This document shows, in pieces, positions 19,147-28,758 of a DNA stretch of 64,000 nt (positions within the stretch are counted from its first letter, which is position 1; every line of letters begins with the position of its first letter). A model generated the notes under the pieces. The model was given only the letters and a program-made list of their open reading frames with translations, was not told the DNA's origin and searched no databases. The DNA is from Calditrichia bacterium (GTDB lineage Bacteria > Calditrichota > Calditrichia > RBG-13-44-9 > J075), in contig JBOEGD010000011.1 of assembly GCA_050633245.1 (NCBI GenBank), forward strand, positions 192,001-256,000, read 5' to 3'. The translations under genes were made by a program, and so were the position numbers.

Positions 19147-20382
19147 ATGATCAATAGAGAATACGAGAAGACTTCCTTACCAAATGGCCTGACGGTAGTG
19201 TCGGAACATGTTCCCGGGGTACGCTCCGTTTCCGTCGGCGTATGGATTAAGACCGGCACCCGGTATGAATCTGAGCAAAACAACGGTGTTGCACATTTTC
19301 TGGAACATATGATGTTTAAGGGAACCGGAAGAAAAACCCCACGCCAGATTGTTCGTAGTATCGAGACTCTTGGTGGCAATCTGAACGCGTTTACAACAAA
19401 AGAGCAAACCTGCTATCTGGTGGACGTCTTAGATGAACACCTCGGTCGCGCGCTGGACGTATTGGGTGATATTCTGAATCGCAGTGGGTTTGAAGAACCG
19501 GAAGTTGAAAAAGAACGCGGTGTAATTCTCGATGAAATCCTTATGGTAGAAGATACCCCGGATGAGATGATCATGGATATGTTTAGTGAGCGTATGTTTC
19601 CCGGGCATGGGCTTGGCTTGCCGATTCTTGGCACACCACACTCTTTAAAAAACCTGAACAAACAGACGCTCCTCAATTTTTATCAGCAGCACTATCGCAA
19701 TGGCAATGTTTTAATTGCGGCAGCTGGGAATGTGAAGCATCATCAGCTTGTAAAAATGTGTGAACGCTATTTTAAATTTGTGCCGGGTGAGACAAGTCCC
19801 GCCCCCTTCCAAAAGGCGGCGATTACTTCCGGTCGATTCGAATTTAAAAAACCGATTAGCCAGGCCCATGTTTGCCTTGGTGTTCCAAGCTTTGAATACA
19901 ATCATCCCAAGCGCTTTGAAGCATTGTTGTTGAATACCATCCTCGGTGGTGGAATGGGCTCACGTCTTTTTCAGAATATTCGTGAGAAGTATGGCATCGC
20001 CTATGGGATTTATTCCTTTCTTGACTTTTACTATGATTATGGTTCATTTGGGATATACCTCGGTACAGATATGAAGAACCTGAATCGCTCGCTGAAACTC
20101 CTTGAAAGGGAGTTCGATAAGCTGCGTCGACGTCCGGTTCCCATGAAGGAGCTTGAGGAGGCTAAGTCACAGCTTCGAGGCAGTCTTGTATTGGCTCTGG
20201 AGAGCGCCTCAGGACGAATGAATCGACTTGCTACGATCGAGATGTATACCGGTATTTACCGAAGTATCGATGCCATAATAGAAGAAATTAATTCAGTAAG
20301 CCGCGAAGCGCTTTACGATACCACGCTGGAGCTGCTAAATCCGGAAAAGTTTCTAACCTTGCTTTTTGTACCCAAAAATTAA
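19147..20382 (+). CDS. M16 family zinc metallopeptidase
   Basis: HFLEHMMFKGT inverted zinc motif, NAFT, SRLFQNIREKYG. Confidence 0.95.
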   Translation: MINREYEKTSLPNGLTVVSEHVPGVRSVSVGVWIKTGTRYESEQNNGVAHFLEHMMFKGTGRKTPRQIVRSIETLGGNLNAFTTKEQTCYLVDVLDEHLGRALDVLGDILNRSGFEEPEVEKERGVILDEILMVEDTPDEMIMDMFSERMFPGHGLGLPILGTPHSLKNLNKQTLLNFYQQHYRNGNVLIAAAGNVKHHQLVKMCERYFKFVPGETSPAPFQKAAITSGRFEFKKPISQAHVCLGVPSFEYNHPKRFEALLLNTILGGGMGSRLFQNIREKYGIAYGIYSFLDFYYDYGSFGIYLGTDMKNLNRSLKLLEREFDKLRRRPVPMKELEEAKSQLRGSLVLALESASGRMNRLATIEMYTGIYRSIDAIIEEINSVSREALYDTTLELLNPEKFLTLLFVPKN

Positions 20383-20445
20383 ACACATCGTTAGTGCAGA
20401 GAATAGTGCTGTCGATATTACAAATGGACGTTGCAGGAGCTACAA

Positions 20446-21558
20446 ATGATTTTTGGTGTACCAATAGAAATACAAAATCACGAAAGCCGGGTGGGCGCAA
20501 CGCCGGAATTGGTGCAGTTTTTGAAAACCCTGGAACACCAGGTTTTTGTCGAAACCAATGCCGGTTTGGCCAGCGGATTTGATGATGACGACTATGTTGA
20601 AGCCGGTGCGACAATTGTCCCTTCCCCCGAAAAGCTCTATGCTCAAGCCGATTTTTTACTTAAAGTGCAGCCACCGATGCCGGTTGAATACGATTTGATT
20701 CGTCCGGAACATACCGTTTTTGCTTACTATCATCTGCTTGGAAACCTGGACATGGCGCGTGCACTCATGGGAAAAGGGTGTAGCTGTTATGCGTATGATC
20801 AGGTAAAGCGAAGTGATGGCTCACGTCCATTTAATGATCTGGCTGGTCGAATTGAAGGGCAATTAGCTGTGCAGCAGGCAGGTGTGCTTCTACAGTCTAA
20901 CAATGAAGGCAAGGGTGTTCTTTTGGCTTCGCTGGCCGGAGCCTCTCCGGCAGAGATCGCAATTGTTGGTGAAACGGCTGCTGCACATAGTGCGGCAATC
21001 TATGCTTCGAATCTTGGATGCCACGTGTCTATTTTGGTTGCAGACGAAGAACGCGTCGAAGCTGTGCGATCCATACTCCCGGATACAATTGATATTTTTG
21101 CTCGCAACGAAGATTCCTTTGCGCAGGTATTACCATCCGCTGATGTTGTTATAAGCGCAGCTAACGAATCGGGGCCCGCAGAAATTGTTGTCGACAAAGC
21201 ATGTGAGACGCTGCTATCCAGCGGTACTGTCATTCTTGACCTTGATATTGCCAGCGGCGGCAGTGTTGAAAGTAGCACGCCGACAACTCATGAAAATCCA
21301 ACTTTTCTTATCGATAAAGTGATTCACTACTGCGTTCCCAATCTTGCAGGCGTTGTTGCAGCTACCGGATCAGTCGCTCTTTCTACAACCCTGCTTGGCC
21401 ATTTTCGACTTTTTCCAGAGCGCGATTTTGAGATTGCCCTAAAGGAAGATGATATCTTCTTTAGCGGACTTGCAACATTCGAGGGACGCGTCGCAGAGGC
21501 CCGGCTTGCCAGTGAACTGTCGATAACCTACTTCGATCTGCGGATTGCCGATGATTGA
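20446..21558 (+). CDS. Alanine dehydrogenase/PNT-like protein with degenerate catalytic motifs
   Basis: MIFGVPIEIQNHESRV, VETNAG, GKGVLL, PTTHENP, HYCVPN. ATG follows a GGAG RBS. Confidence 0.8.
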   Translation: MIFGVPIEIQNHESRVGATPELVQFLKTLEHQVFVETNAGLASGFDDDDYVEAGATIVPSPEKLYAQADFLLKVQPPMPVEYDLIRPEHTVFAYYHLLGNLDMARALMGKGCSCYAYDQVKRSDGSRPFNDLAGRIEGQLAVQQAGVLLQSNNEGKGVLLASLAGASPAEIAIVGETAAAHSAAIYASNLGCHVSILVADEERVEAVRSILPDTIDIFARNEDSFAQVLPSADVVISAANESGPAEIVVDKACETLLSSGTVILDLDIASGGSVESSTPTTHENPTFLIDKVIHYCVPNLAGVVAATGSVALSTTLLGHFRLFPERDFEIALKEDDIFFSGLATFEGRVAEARLASELSITYFDLRIADD

Positions 21559-22369
21559 TGAGGCCGTTGCGAAACCAGATAAAGTAGCTGCCATTCCCAT
21601 CCTGATGTATCACAAAATTGATTCACAAAATGAAGTCGGTATCAACGCCGTATCCCCGTCCTTATTTAAAACGCACATTCAATGGTTGAGAGACAATCAC
21701 TACGCGACAGTTACATTCAACGATCTTGCCGACAACCTGGAGCTGCCGAAAAAACCCATCATACTGACCTTTGATGATGCCTACCAATCTGTTTTTACTC
21801 ATGCCTTTCCGATAATGCAGGAGCTGGAAATGCGTGGTGTTGTTTATGCCCTTAGTGGATTTCTGGGTAAGGAAAACACCTGGGACGTCAATCTCGGCGG
21901 AATTACGTTTAAGCACATGACCGCCGAAGAGTTATGCCTGTTAAATGCGGCAGGTTGGGAAGTCGGTGGGCATTCGGTAACGCATCGCGGATTAACGCTG
22001 TTGCCTGCAAATGAAGTAAAGCGCGAGCTGCTGCAGGATAAGCAGGAGCTTGAAGACGTTCTGGGATGTGAGCTTGTTAGCTTTGCCTATCCGTTTGGCC
22101 TGCACAATAATACGGTTTGTCAACTGGTTCGTGAGGTCGGCTACCAATACGGCTGTCGCAGTTTGCGTGGCGGTTTGCATTCATTAGACAAGTTGCGCCT
22201 TCCGCGAATTCCCATCTACCAGTTTGATGGTCCGACCAGTCTACAGCGTAAGCTGGAAATGCGTCACACATCGTTCGAGTATTTAAAGCTGCTGTTTTTG
22301 AGCGCACCGGCTGTTTTAACTCCATTTTATCAAAAATTATTCAAACGCCATTTATTTCTTGATATGTAG
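21551..22369 (+). CDS. Polysaccharide deacetylase (CE4/NodB)
   Basis: PILMYH, LTFDDAY, HSVTH, FAYPFG. Confidence 0.92.
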   Translation: MIDEAVAKPDKVAAIPILMYHKIDSQNEVGINAVSPSLFKTHIQWLRDNHYATVTFNDLADNLELPKKPIILTFDDAYQSVFTHAFPIMQELEMRGVVYALSGFLGKENTWDVNLGGITFKHMTAEELCLLNAAGWEVGGHSVTHRGLTLLPANEVKRELLQDKQELEDVLGCELVSFAYPFGLHNNTVCQLVREVGYQYGCRSLRGGLHSLDKLRLPRIPIYQFDGPTSLQRKLEMRHTSFEYLKLLFLSAPAVLTPFYQKLFKRHLFLDM

Positions 22370-22453
22370 GAATTTCCTGCTTTTATTGCATAAGTGTAAT
22401 GCAAATACGTAGTTATGCAAATTACCGTCCCACAACACTATCCGAGGCCAGGT

Positions 22454-22795
22454 ATGAGCATCAGGAAACCGCAAAAAAAACTTTATTATTCGCTGCGCCA
22501 GGTAAGCGATATGACCTCTCTTGAATCCAGCGAAGTAAAACGTATGGAAAAAGAGTTTCCAGTCTTGAAACCGATTCGAAATCGTTCGGGAAATCGCTAT
22601 TACTCAGACAAGGAACTCAATCTGCTTTTTCAGATAAAAGATCTTTACTTGATTAAAAAACTACCCATTACCGAGGTAGAGAAGCAGTTGAACGGCTCGC
22701 ATCTCGAATTCGAGATGAACGAAACCATACGTTTAAAGCGAACGCTGGCAGAAGTGCGTCTTGAGCTAAAAGAAATTATGGAGATCTTTGGCTGA
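22454..22795 (+). CDS. MerR-family HTH regulator
   Basis: KLYYS...EKEFPVLKP.RNRSGNRYY. Sits immediately upstream of tRNA-Pro(GGG), a common arrangement. Confidence 0.85.
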   Translation: MSIRKPQKKLYYSLRQVSDMTSLESSEVKRMEKEFPVLKPIRNRSGNRYYSDKELNLLFQIKDLYLIKKLPITEVEKQLNGSHLEFEMNETIRLKRTLAEVRLELKEIMEIFG

Positions 22796-22909
22796 GTTTT
22801 CTGCTTTGGCGTAATGCACTGACCGATTGATGCTATTTTCGCAGTATTACTATCTTTCTCTCAATTTACTTGATTTTACAAAATCCTTAGCGTATTTTTT
22901 TCGCTCCTT

Positions 22910-22984
22910 CGGGGCGTGGCGCAGCCTGGATAGCGCGCTACATTGGGGTTGTAGAGGTCGCTGGTTCAAATCCAGTCGCTCCGA
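22910..22984 (+). tRNA. tRNA-Pro(GGG)
   Basis: Acceptor stem CGGGGCG/CGCTCCG, anticodon arm CTACA-TTGGGGT-TGTAG, T arm GGTTCAAATCC. CCA is not encoded. Confidence 0.95.
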
Positions 22985-22989
22985 CAATC

Positions 22990-23028
22990 AGGCGTCTGTA
23001 TCCCATTTGGATGCAGGCGCCTTTTTTG
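22990..23028 (+). terminator. Rho-independent terminator
   Basis: AGGCGTCTGTATCC...GGATGCAGGCGCCT followed by a T tract. Confidence 0.8.
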
Positions 23029-23182
23029 TTGTGCCCGATTTTGTATTTTATGTTCTGTTGCAATTGATGGGGTGTCTGGTCGCGTGGGTCAAGACCCACG
23101 TTACTGTTTGTGTTTTGTGTTTTGTGTTCTGTCTTTTATCCGTCTTTACCCAATGCATCCATGCTAATTACCCGGTGTTCCC

Positions 23183-23884
23183 ATGTTTGGTATACTCATC
23201 CCAGTTTACAATGCCGATCAGCTCCTGCCCGAGCTTCTAAATGGTATTGCCGAAGCGCAAGCAGACTGCCGGAATACCTTCTGTGTGCAAATTGTCGATG
23301 ATGGCAGTGAACCAGAATTAATGTCACATGTGCATCCGGATCTGGAAGTTGTCCAGATACGACATGATGGGAATCGCGGCAAGGGAGCCGCACTAAAAAG
23401 CGGCATCAGAGAATTGCTAAATGACAAAAAAATTGAAGCAGTGATTACGCTGGATGCAGATTTGCAGCACCCGCCGGAGTATATACCGGCATTTATTGAT
23501 ATATTTGAAAGCCGACAGGTGGATTTAGTCATCGGTCGCCGCCGCCGCGACCCGAAGATTATGCCGCCACATCGTATGGCCTCGAACTATTTGACCTCGC
23601 GTATAGTGTCCTGGATAGGCGGCCAAAGGGTAGAGGATAGTCAATGTGGCTTTCGACTCTACTCGCGCAGGCTGTTGGAAACGGTTCATCCCAAAGAAGA
23701 TCGCTTTCATCTGGAGAGTGAATTTGTGGTACGCACTGCCTGGAAAAAATACTCGATTGGTGCAGTTGATATTCCAACAATTTATAATGGCGCGCCGTCT
23801 GCCATCAGGCATGTGGCAGATACGCTTAACTTTGTCGGCTTAATGGGGCGCTTGTTGAAGGAGAAAATTCGTGGATATGTATAA
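23183..23884 (+). CDS. Glycosyltransferase family 2 (DPM-synthase-like)
   Basis: IPVYN, VDDGS, NRGKGAAL, LDADLQH, DSQCGFR. Confidence 0.93.
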   Translation: MFGILIPVYNADQLLPELLNGIAEAQADCRNTFCVQIVDDGSEPELMSHVHPDLEVVQIRHDGNRGKGAALKSGIRELLNDKKIEAVITLDADLQHPPEYIPAFIDIFESRQVDLVIGRRRRDPKIMPPHRMASNYLTSRIVSWIGGQRVEDSQCGFRLYSRRLLETVHPKEDRFHLESEFVVRTAWKKYSIGAVDIPTIYNGAPSAIRHVADTLNFVGLMGRLLKEKIRGYV

Positions 23885-24515
23885 CCGTCACCGCGAAGAC
23901 ATGGTGCAGCGCTTTGTGATTGGTGCGGGCATCACGGACGAGCGTATTGCCACGGCCATGCGCAAGATCCCGCGTCATCTGTTTGTCGACACGGCCCTTC
24001 GTCATCAAGCCTACATGGACAAGTCCCTGCCAATCGGATTCGGGCAAACGATCTCTCATCCTACTACAGTTGCGTACATGACGCAGATTCTTGATTTAAA
24101 AGGGGATGAGCGCATTCTGGAGATCGGAACCGGTAGCGGTTATCAGGCGGCGGTACTGGCAGAGATTGGCGTTAAGGTTTACTCAATTGAGCGTATCGGC
24201 GACTTAAGTCGCCGCGTGCAGACACTCTTCGATAAGCTGGGATATTATACGGTTGGATTGCGCATCGGTGATGGCACGGTTGGTTGGACCGCTCACGCAC
24301 CTTATGACCGCATTATTGTAACCGCTGGTTCGCCGGAACCACCGAATAATTTGCTAAAGCAGCTTTCCGAAAAAGGACGCATGGTTGTGCCGGTTGGAGG
24401 AAAGACCGGGCAAAAGCTGATGATTATCACACGCAATGCGGACAAATATGATATAATTGAGCACGATTTTCGAGATTTTGTTCCACTGATTGGCAAACGA
24501 GGATGGGATTTATGA
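23871..24515 (+). CDS. pcm: Protein-L-isoaspartate O-methyltransferase
   Basis: PRHLFV, LPIGFGQTIS, LEIGTGSGYQAA, APYDRIIVTA, FVPLIG. Confidence 0.95.
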   Translation: MDMYNRHREDMVQRFVIGAGITDERIATAMRKIPRHLFVDTALRHQAYMDKSLPIGFGQTISHPTTVAYMTQILDLKGDERILEIGTGSGYQAAVLAEIGVKVYSIERIGDLSRRVQTLFDKLGYYTVGLRIGDGTVGWTAHAPYDRIIVTAGSPEPPNNLLKQLSEKGRMVVPVGGKTGQKLMIITRNADKYDIIEHDFRDFVPLIGKRGWDL

Positions 24516-25363
24516 GTTCTGTGATGGTAATGGTGAAGGAACAGCTATTTGCGCTGCTGGCAAAAGGCGGCGTAATTGGCGTAGCGAATATTATCCCCGG
24601 AGTTTCCGGTGGTACCATGGCGGTTGTTCTGGGAATTTACGAGCGACTTATTGAAGCGGTCAGTAATATCGCGACTGATAAAGAACGCCGAATAGAATAT
24701 TTGATTTTTCTTGCAAAGATTGGCGTCGGTGCTGTGGTGGCGGTTGGTGCTTTGTCGCACCTGATGGATTATTTGCTGAGTTATCACGAGCAGCTTACCT
24801 ATCTCTTCTTTGTTGGGTTGATCGCCGGATCGGTTCCCTCCGTTTATCGAGCGCATAAAGAAATGTCGCCATCTTTTGCAGCTGTTTTATCCTTTCTTGC
24901 CGGTGCTGCGCTCATTCTTTCCTTTGCGCTGCTTTTCCCGGAGGTGGAAAAAAGCAAGGACATCAACTTTGAGCTGGATATGTCTTCTGCTGCATTGGGC
25001 ATGCTGTTTATCTCGGGTATTCTTGCTGGCGGCTCGATGATTGTTCCCGGCATTAGCGGTTCATTTATTTTAGTGCTGCTTGGGCAATATCGCGTGGTGA
25101 TTAAGGCAGTAAAAGAATTAAATATTGTGCTGGTCGGAATAATCGGACTTGGCGCGATTGCCGGTATTGTTGGCTTCGCCAAGTTGATAAACATTTGCCT
25201 GAAGAGCTACCCCAAGGAAACTATTTACTTCATTCTGGGCCTGGTGATCGCATCGCTGTATCCAATTTTTCCCGGTCTGCCTGCAGGTGCTTCGGGCGCC
25301 GCTATTGGCATCGGAATGATTCTCGCGGGCGCGGCATTGGCGTTGGTAGCGGACCGGTCGTGA
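24512..25363 (+). CDS. DUF368 membrane protein (undecaprenyl-phosphate translocase family)
   Basis: IPGVSGGTMA and VPGISGS repeats, multiple TM segments. ATGA overlap with pcm. Confidence 0.9.
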   Translation: MSSVMVMVKEQLFALLAKGGVIGVANIIPGVSGGTMAVVLGIYERLIEAVSNIATDKERRIEYLIFLAKIGVGAVVAVGALSHLMDYLLSYHEQLTYLFFVGLIAGSVPSVYRAHKEMSPSFAAVLSFLAGAALILSFALLFPEVEKSKDINFELDMSSAALGMLFISGILAGGSMIVPGISGSFILVLLGQYRVVIKAVKELNIVLVGIIGLGAIAGIVGFAKLINICLKSYPKETIYFILGLVIASLYPIFPGLPAGASGAAIGIGMILAGAALALVADRS

Positions 25364-25428
25364 CGGGGAGAGCGGGAGAAGGGGAGAGCGGGTGAATAGG
25401 CGCTCCCTGAGCGTAGTCGAAGGGGAGC
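25364..25428. repeat. Octamer repeats followed by a REP-like hairpin
   Basis: GGGGAGAG CGGGAGAA GGGGAGAG CGGGTGAA, then GCTCCC-TGAGCGTAGTCGAAG-GGGAGC. The core GAGCGTAGTCGA recurs at 52964-52975. Confidence 0.6.
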
Positions 25429-25630
25429 CGGGCTACTCGGTACTGATTTGGATATTGGGCTCGCTAACTGGAAAAAATGTATTGTTGTGTTATTCCGATA
25501 AGTGAGTGAAACGAACGCCCCATAAGCGAAGCGCCCTATTTCTATCTGTGTTCTGTGCTCTGTGTTCTTTTTTCATCTTTCCTATTGCCATCGAATTAAT
25601 TGCTGTTTATATTTTGTCCCGTTCAAATAT

Positions 25631-25704
25631 CGGGGTGTGGCGCAGCCTGGTAGCGCGCACCGTTCGGGACGGTGAGGCCGGAGGTTCAAATCCTCTCACC
25701 CCGA
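25631..25704 (+). tRNA. tRNA-Pro(CGG)
   Basis: Acceptor stem CGGGGTG/CACCCCG, anticodon arm CACCG-TTCGGGA-CGGTG, T arm GGTTCAAATCC. Confidence 0.95.
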
Positions 25705-25708
25705 CTTT

Positions 25709-25743
25709 AAGGCTCGAAAACGATTCGTTTTCGAGCCTTTTTT
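25709..25743 (+). terminator. Rho-independent terminator of tRNA-Pro(CGG)
   Basis: AAGGCTCGAAAACG-ATT-CGTTTTCGAGCCTT followed by a T tract. Confidence 0.85.
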
Positions 25744-25841
25744 GTTATTAGAAAAGACTATCGTGGACGATCCCTGATCACTATTATTGCAAATGGAGAT
25801 TTTCCTGCCTATATTTTTATTGAACAGACCTGGAGGTAAGA

Positions 25842-26072
25842 ATGACACTTGAAGAGAGAATCACTGTTGATCCACAGATATGCAACGGTAAACCCACTAT
25901 TCGTGGCAAGCGAATTACTGTTCAAACTATATTAGAGTACTTAAGCTCTGGTGACACCGCTGAAGAAATTCTTGAGCAATACCCATCGCTGGAAGCAGAA
26001 GATATCTTTGCCTGTCTTCGATTTGCCAGTAATTTGATGGGGCGTGGGTACGTAATTAAGCAAACAGCCTGA
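25842..26072 (+). CDS. DUF433 antitoxin
   Basis: ITVDPQICNGKPTIRGKRITV...EEILEQYPSLEAEDI. GGAGG RBS. Confidence 0.92.
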   Translation: MTLEERITVDPQICNGKPTIRGKRITVQTILEYLSSGDTAEEILEQYPSLEAEDIFACLRFASNLMGRGYVIKQTA

Positions 26073-26075
26073 TGT

Positions 26076-26432
26076 ATGGCAAAATTTTTGATTGACGCGA
26101 ATCTACCATATCAATTTTCACTCTGGCAAGATTCCGAGTTTCTTCATGTTTACGAGTTGGGAGATGATCTGCCTGATTCTGAAATTTGGACTTTTGCCTT
26201 AAAAAATACCCCCACAATTGTTTCTAAAGATGCAGATTTCACCGACCGTGCTGCCGCCTCGAGAAAGTCTCCAAGAATTATTCACCTCCGTGTCGGTAAT
26301 TTACGACTGAAGGAGCTGTATGATTTCCTCGTTGAAAATTGGTCAGATATCCGATCGCTAAGCGAAGACTTTGAAATAGTGCAGGTATTTACAGATCGCC
26401 TGGAAGGAATCGACATCAGTCGCGATGGCTAA
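26076..26432 (+). CDS. DUF5615 / VapC45-like PIN toxin
   Basis: KFLIDANLP, DSEIW, IVSKDADF, LRVGN. Directly downstream of DUF433. Confidence 0.88.
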   Translation: MAKFLIDANLPYQFSLWQDSEFLHVYELGDDLPDSEIWTFALKNTPTIVSKDADFTDRAAASRKSPRIIHLRVGNLRLKELYDFLVENWSDIRSLSEDFEIVQVFTDRLEGIDISRDG

Positions 26433-26453
26433 GTTTATTGAATCTTGTCATGC

Positions 26454-26518
26454 CCGGAGTTTCAAATCCTCTCACTCCGACTTTAAGGCTCGAAAGCGAT
26501 TCGTTTTCGAGCCTTTTT
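26454..26518 (+). repeat. Degenerate copy of the tRNA-Pro(CGG) 3' end plus terminator (att-like)
   Basis: Matches 25678-25742 with 3 mismatches. Confidence 0.9.
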
Positions 26519-26871
26519 GTTGTCACAGCATATTGTGGGATTAGAGAGCAAGTTTTGATAGTAAAAGTATAAAATGATTCATTTTTAATTATCAATCAGC
26601 AAGTGAGCGAAAGAAAATCGGCTTGAAAGGAATTTTCGCTATGTGACGATGTTATTCATAGATATTAAGCGCCGACGGCAAGTATAGCGATGGTGTTGTC
26701 GTCACGTCTACGCCACCTGTATTCATTTCAAAGATGGATATATGATTGCGACGTATCGCTTGAGAGGACGAGTATTCAACTGCTGCCTGTATAAAAATAG
26801 TAAGTTAATATACCAGTGGGCCACTACTAAAAATCACGTAAAACATTAAATGGAAGAAGCTGTGTAGAATT

Positions 26872-27246
26872 TTAGTCTTCTCTAATTACTGGATTATCAA
26901 GGTCCGCATCATTGATTTTCGTTTCTGGAGTTAATTTTGTCATAAAGTCTGGTTTTAGAACGATCTTCCAAACACCTAGAAGAAGACCGATTACGTCAGC
27001 GAGTAGAGTAGCACCAGCTGAAATGACTACAGATTCAGGAAAGAACTCTTTGTTGAACAAGATATATGTGCATAACAGCAAGACTGCGAACAACAAAAAA
27101 ACAGAAGAATACCCCATAATCAGTCGTAAAATGAACCATCGGGAATCCTGAAGAATTCTTAAGCTAAATATTTCCTGTTCTTGTCTTAATTGCTCCATTG
27201 CTCTTTCAAGTTTAATGGAGAGTTCTGTAATGTTTTCTTGACGCAT
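26872..27246 (-). CDS. Small two-TM membrane protein with an N-terminal coiled coil
   Basis: Two hydrophobic segments. Starts 7 nt after the TIR gene stop. Confidence 0.7.
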   Translation of the reverse strand: MRQENITELSIKLERAMEQLRQEQEIFSLRILQDSRWFILRLIMGYSSVFLLFAVLLLCTYILFNKEFFPESVVISAGATLLADVIGLLLGVWKIVLKPDFMTKLTPETKINDADLDNPVIRED

Positions 27247-27253
27247 AAATAGT

Positions 27254-28015
27254 CTACGATTTATATTTGTTAGAATTTTTATTGCGCAAGATATCTTTTC
27301 TTGTCTTGTAAGAAATCAGGTAATAAGTGAATCCTCCTAGCGCGAGCATAAAAAGTGTATACAGCCCTTGTGATTTTATGTTTTTATCAAAAACATTGTC
27401 CGCAAGGACAAAATATGCTATTCCTAGTACAATAGCGGCGAATGCAGTCAGTATGAAGAATATATAAAACATAGAAAGATATGCTCGCGAAAGTTCAGTA
27501 GATTCTTTTCTCTCTGCACTCAAGTTCTTTCTTCCCTCCAGTATCATTTCTCTTTTAGTCTCAAGATATTTGACAGTATTGTTATCGCCATGTATAAATA
27601 TGGATTGATCGAATTGCTGAAGTGTTTCGAGAATTTTGGAAGATGTAAGCTTAACTTCTACTGGATCTGAGGGGTTTTTCAAGTTAATAGAGTGTAAATC
27701 TTGTAAAAAAAATGGTAGACGATTCACCTCACCAAGAAGAATCGGAATAATAAATTTTTCAGATTCCTCTTGCGACTTTGCTAGTGCGAGCGACAGCTCT
27801 TTCTGAAATGTGCCAGTTCTTTCTGTGCTTGCACTAATAAAAAAGAGGACAGCAAAACTTTCAGATATAGCCTCATTTAAAGCAGTGATCCAATGTTGGC
27901 CGGGTAGAAGGTCTGTTTTGTCAAACCAAACTTTAATTCCGGCTTGCTTGAGGTTCGCCACAATAGACTTAACAATTTTTGAATCTTCTTTTGAAGCACT
28001 TGCAAAAACTTGCAT
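27254..28015 (-). CDS. TIR-domain protein with two C-terminal TM helices
   Basis: QVFASASKED, GIKVWFD..DLLPGQ.W, FQKEL (catalytic-position Glu), IIPILL, and two C-terminal hydrophobic segments. Confidence 0.85.
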   Translation of the reverse strand: MQVFASASKEDSKIVKSIVANLKQAGIKVWFDKTDLLPGQHWITALNEAISESFAVLFFISASTERTGTFQKELSLALAKSQEESEKFIIPILLGEVNRLPFFLQDLHSINLKNPSDPVEVKLTSSKILETLQQFDQSIFIHGDNNTVKYLETKREMILEGRKNLSAERKESTELSRAYLSMFYIFFILTAFAAIVLGIAYFVLADNVFDKNIKSQGLYTLFMLALGGFTYYLISYKTRKDILRNKNSNKYKS

Positions 28016-28138
28016 TTCTTACCACTGTCTTTTTGTAAAATTATTCTTAGAAACTATATCAATATACAGCAATTTCATAGTTTGTCAAATTTCAAAAGCC
28101 TTTAAGCTCTCCAAACTCCCATCTACATTTTCGACTGA

Positions 28139-28609
28139 AGCTCTATCCGTGCAAGGATATCTATCATAGTTCTTAAAAACGAAGTAATATACTCTCCTGA
28201 TCTTCAATTTGCTTGGCCTTTACCTTCTTTACAAAAAGAAGGAGAGTTTGTTGAGGACTGTGCTTTTGAACCTAGGGATGGTTATGAAGTCTTATACCAA
28301 GACGAAAGATAGCACAGGATAAAGCAGATAGTAGTTAAAACTAGCATTCTGGAAAAATCTTTAAGGTCAGAGCTTCAAAAAGAAAGATTGCAAGATGCTG
28401 AAATCTTTTATAGAGCTGGGAACCGTATTTTTGTTACGACCAACGAATCGGATAATAAAATAGTATTCATTGTCAGTGGGGGTGGTGATTCGCAATTTGG
28501 GGCAGTTTTGATAAGAGGCTTTGATAATAAAGGCGTCAGAATTGTTATAGAAAAGTTACTTCCAAGTCCAATTAGGCTCAAAACAGAAGCAATGCAAGTA
28601 GCCAATTAA
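28139..28609 (+). pseudogene. Possible decayed ORF
   Basis: A single frame is open from 28139 to 28609 apart from one TAG at 28310. No clear start and no recognisable motif. Confidence 0.3.
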
Positions 28610-28708
28610 TTGTTAAAATTAACGAAATAGGCTAGACATTATTATCGTGTTCCCTCATAGTTCTCTTGCAAAACCGGAGAAACGCGGAGAATGGCAGAGA
28701 TTCAAATG

Positions 28709-28735
28709 ACATGTCTATATTAAACATAGACATGT
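28709..28735. other. Perfect inverted repeat with 10-bp arms and a 7-bp spacer
   Basis: ACATGTCTAT-ATTAAAC-ATAGACATGT, 23 bp before the att-like repeat. Confidence 0.6.
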
Positions 28736-28758
28736 TAATGAAATGGGAATCTGGTTCT

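Noticed and set aside
22827-23240. 137-aa ORF
   Set aside because: It overlaps tRNA-Pro(GGG), its terminator and a simple repeat, so it is spurious.
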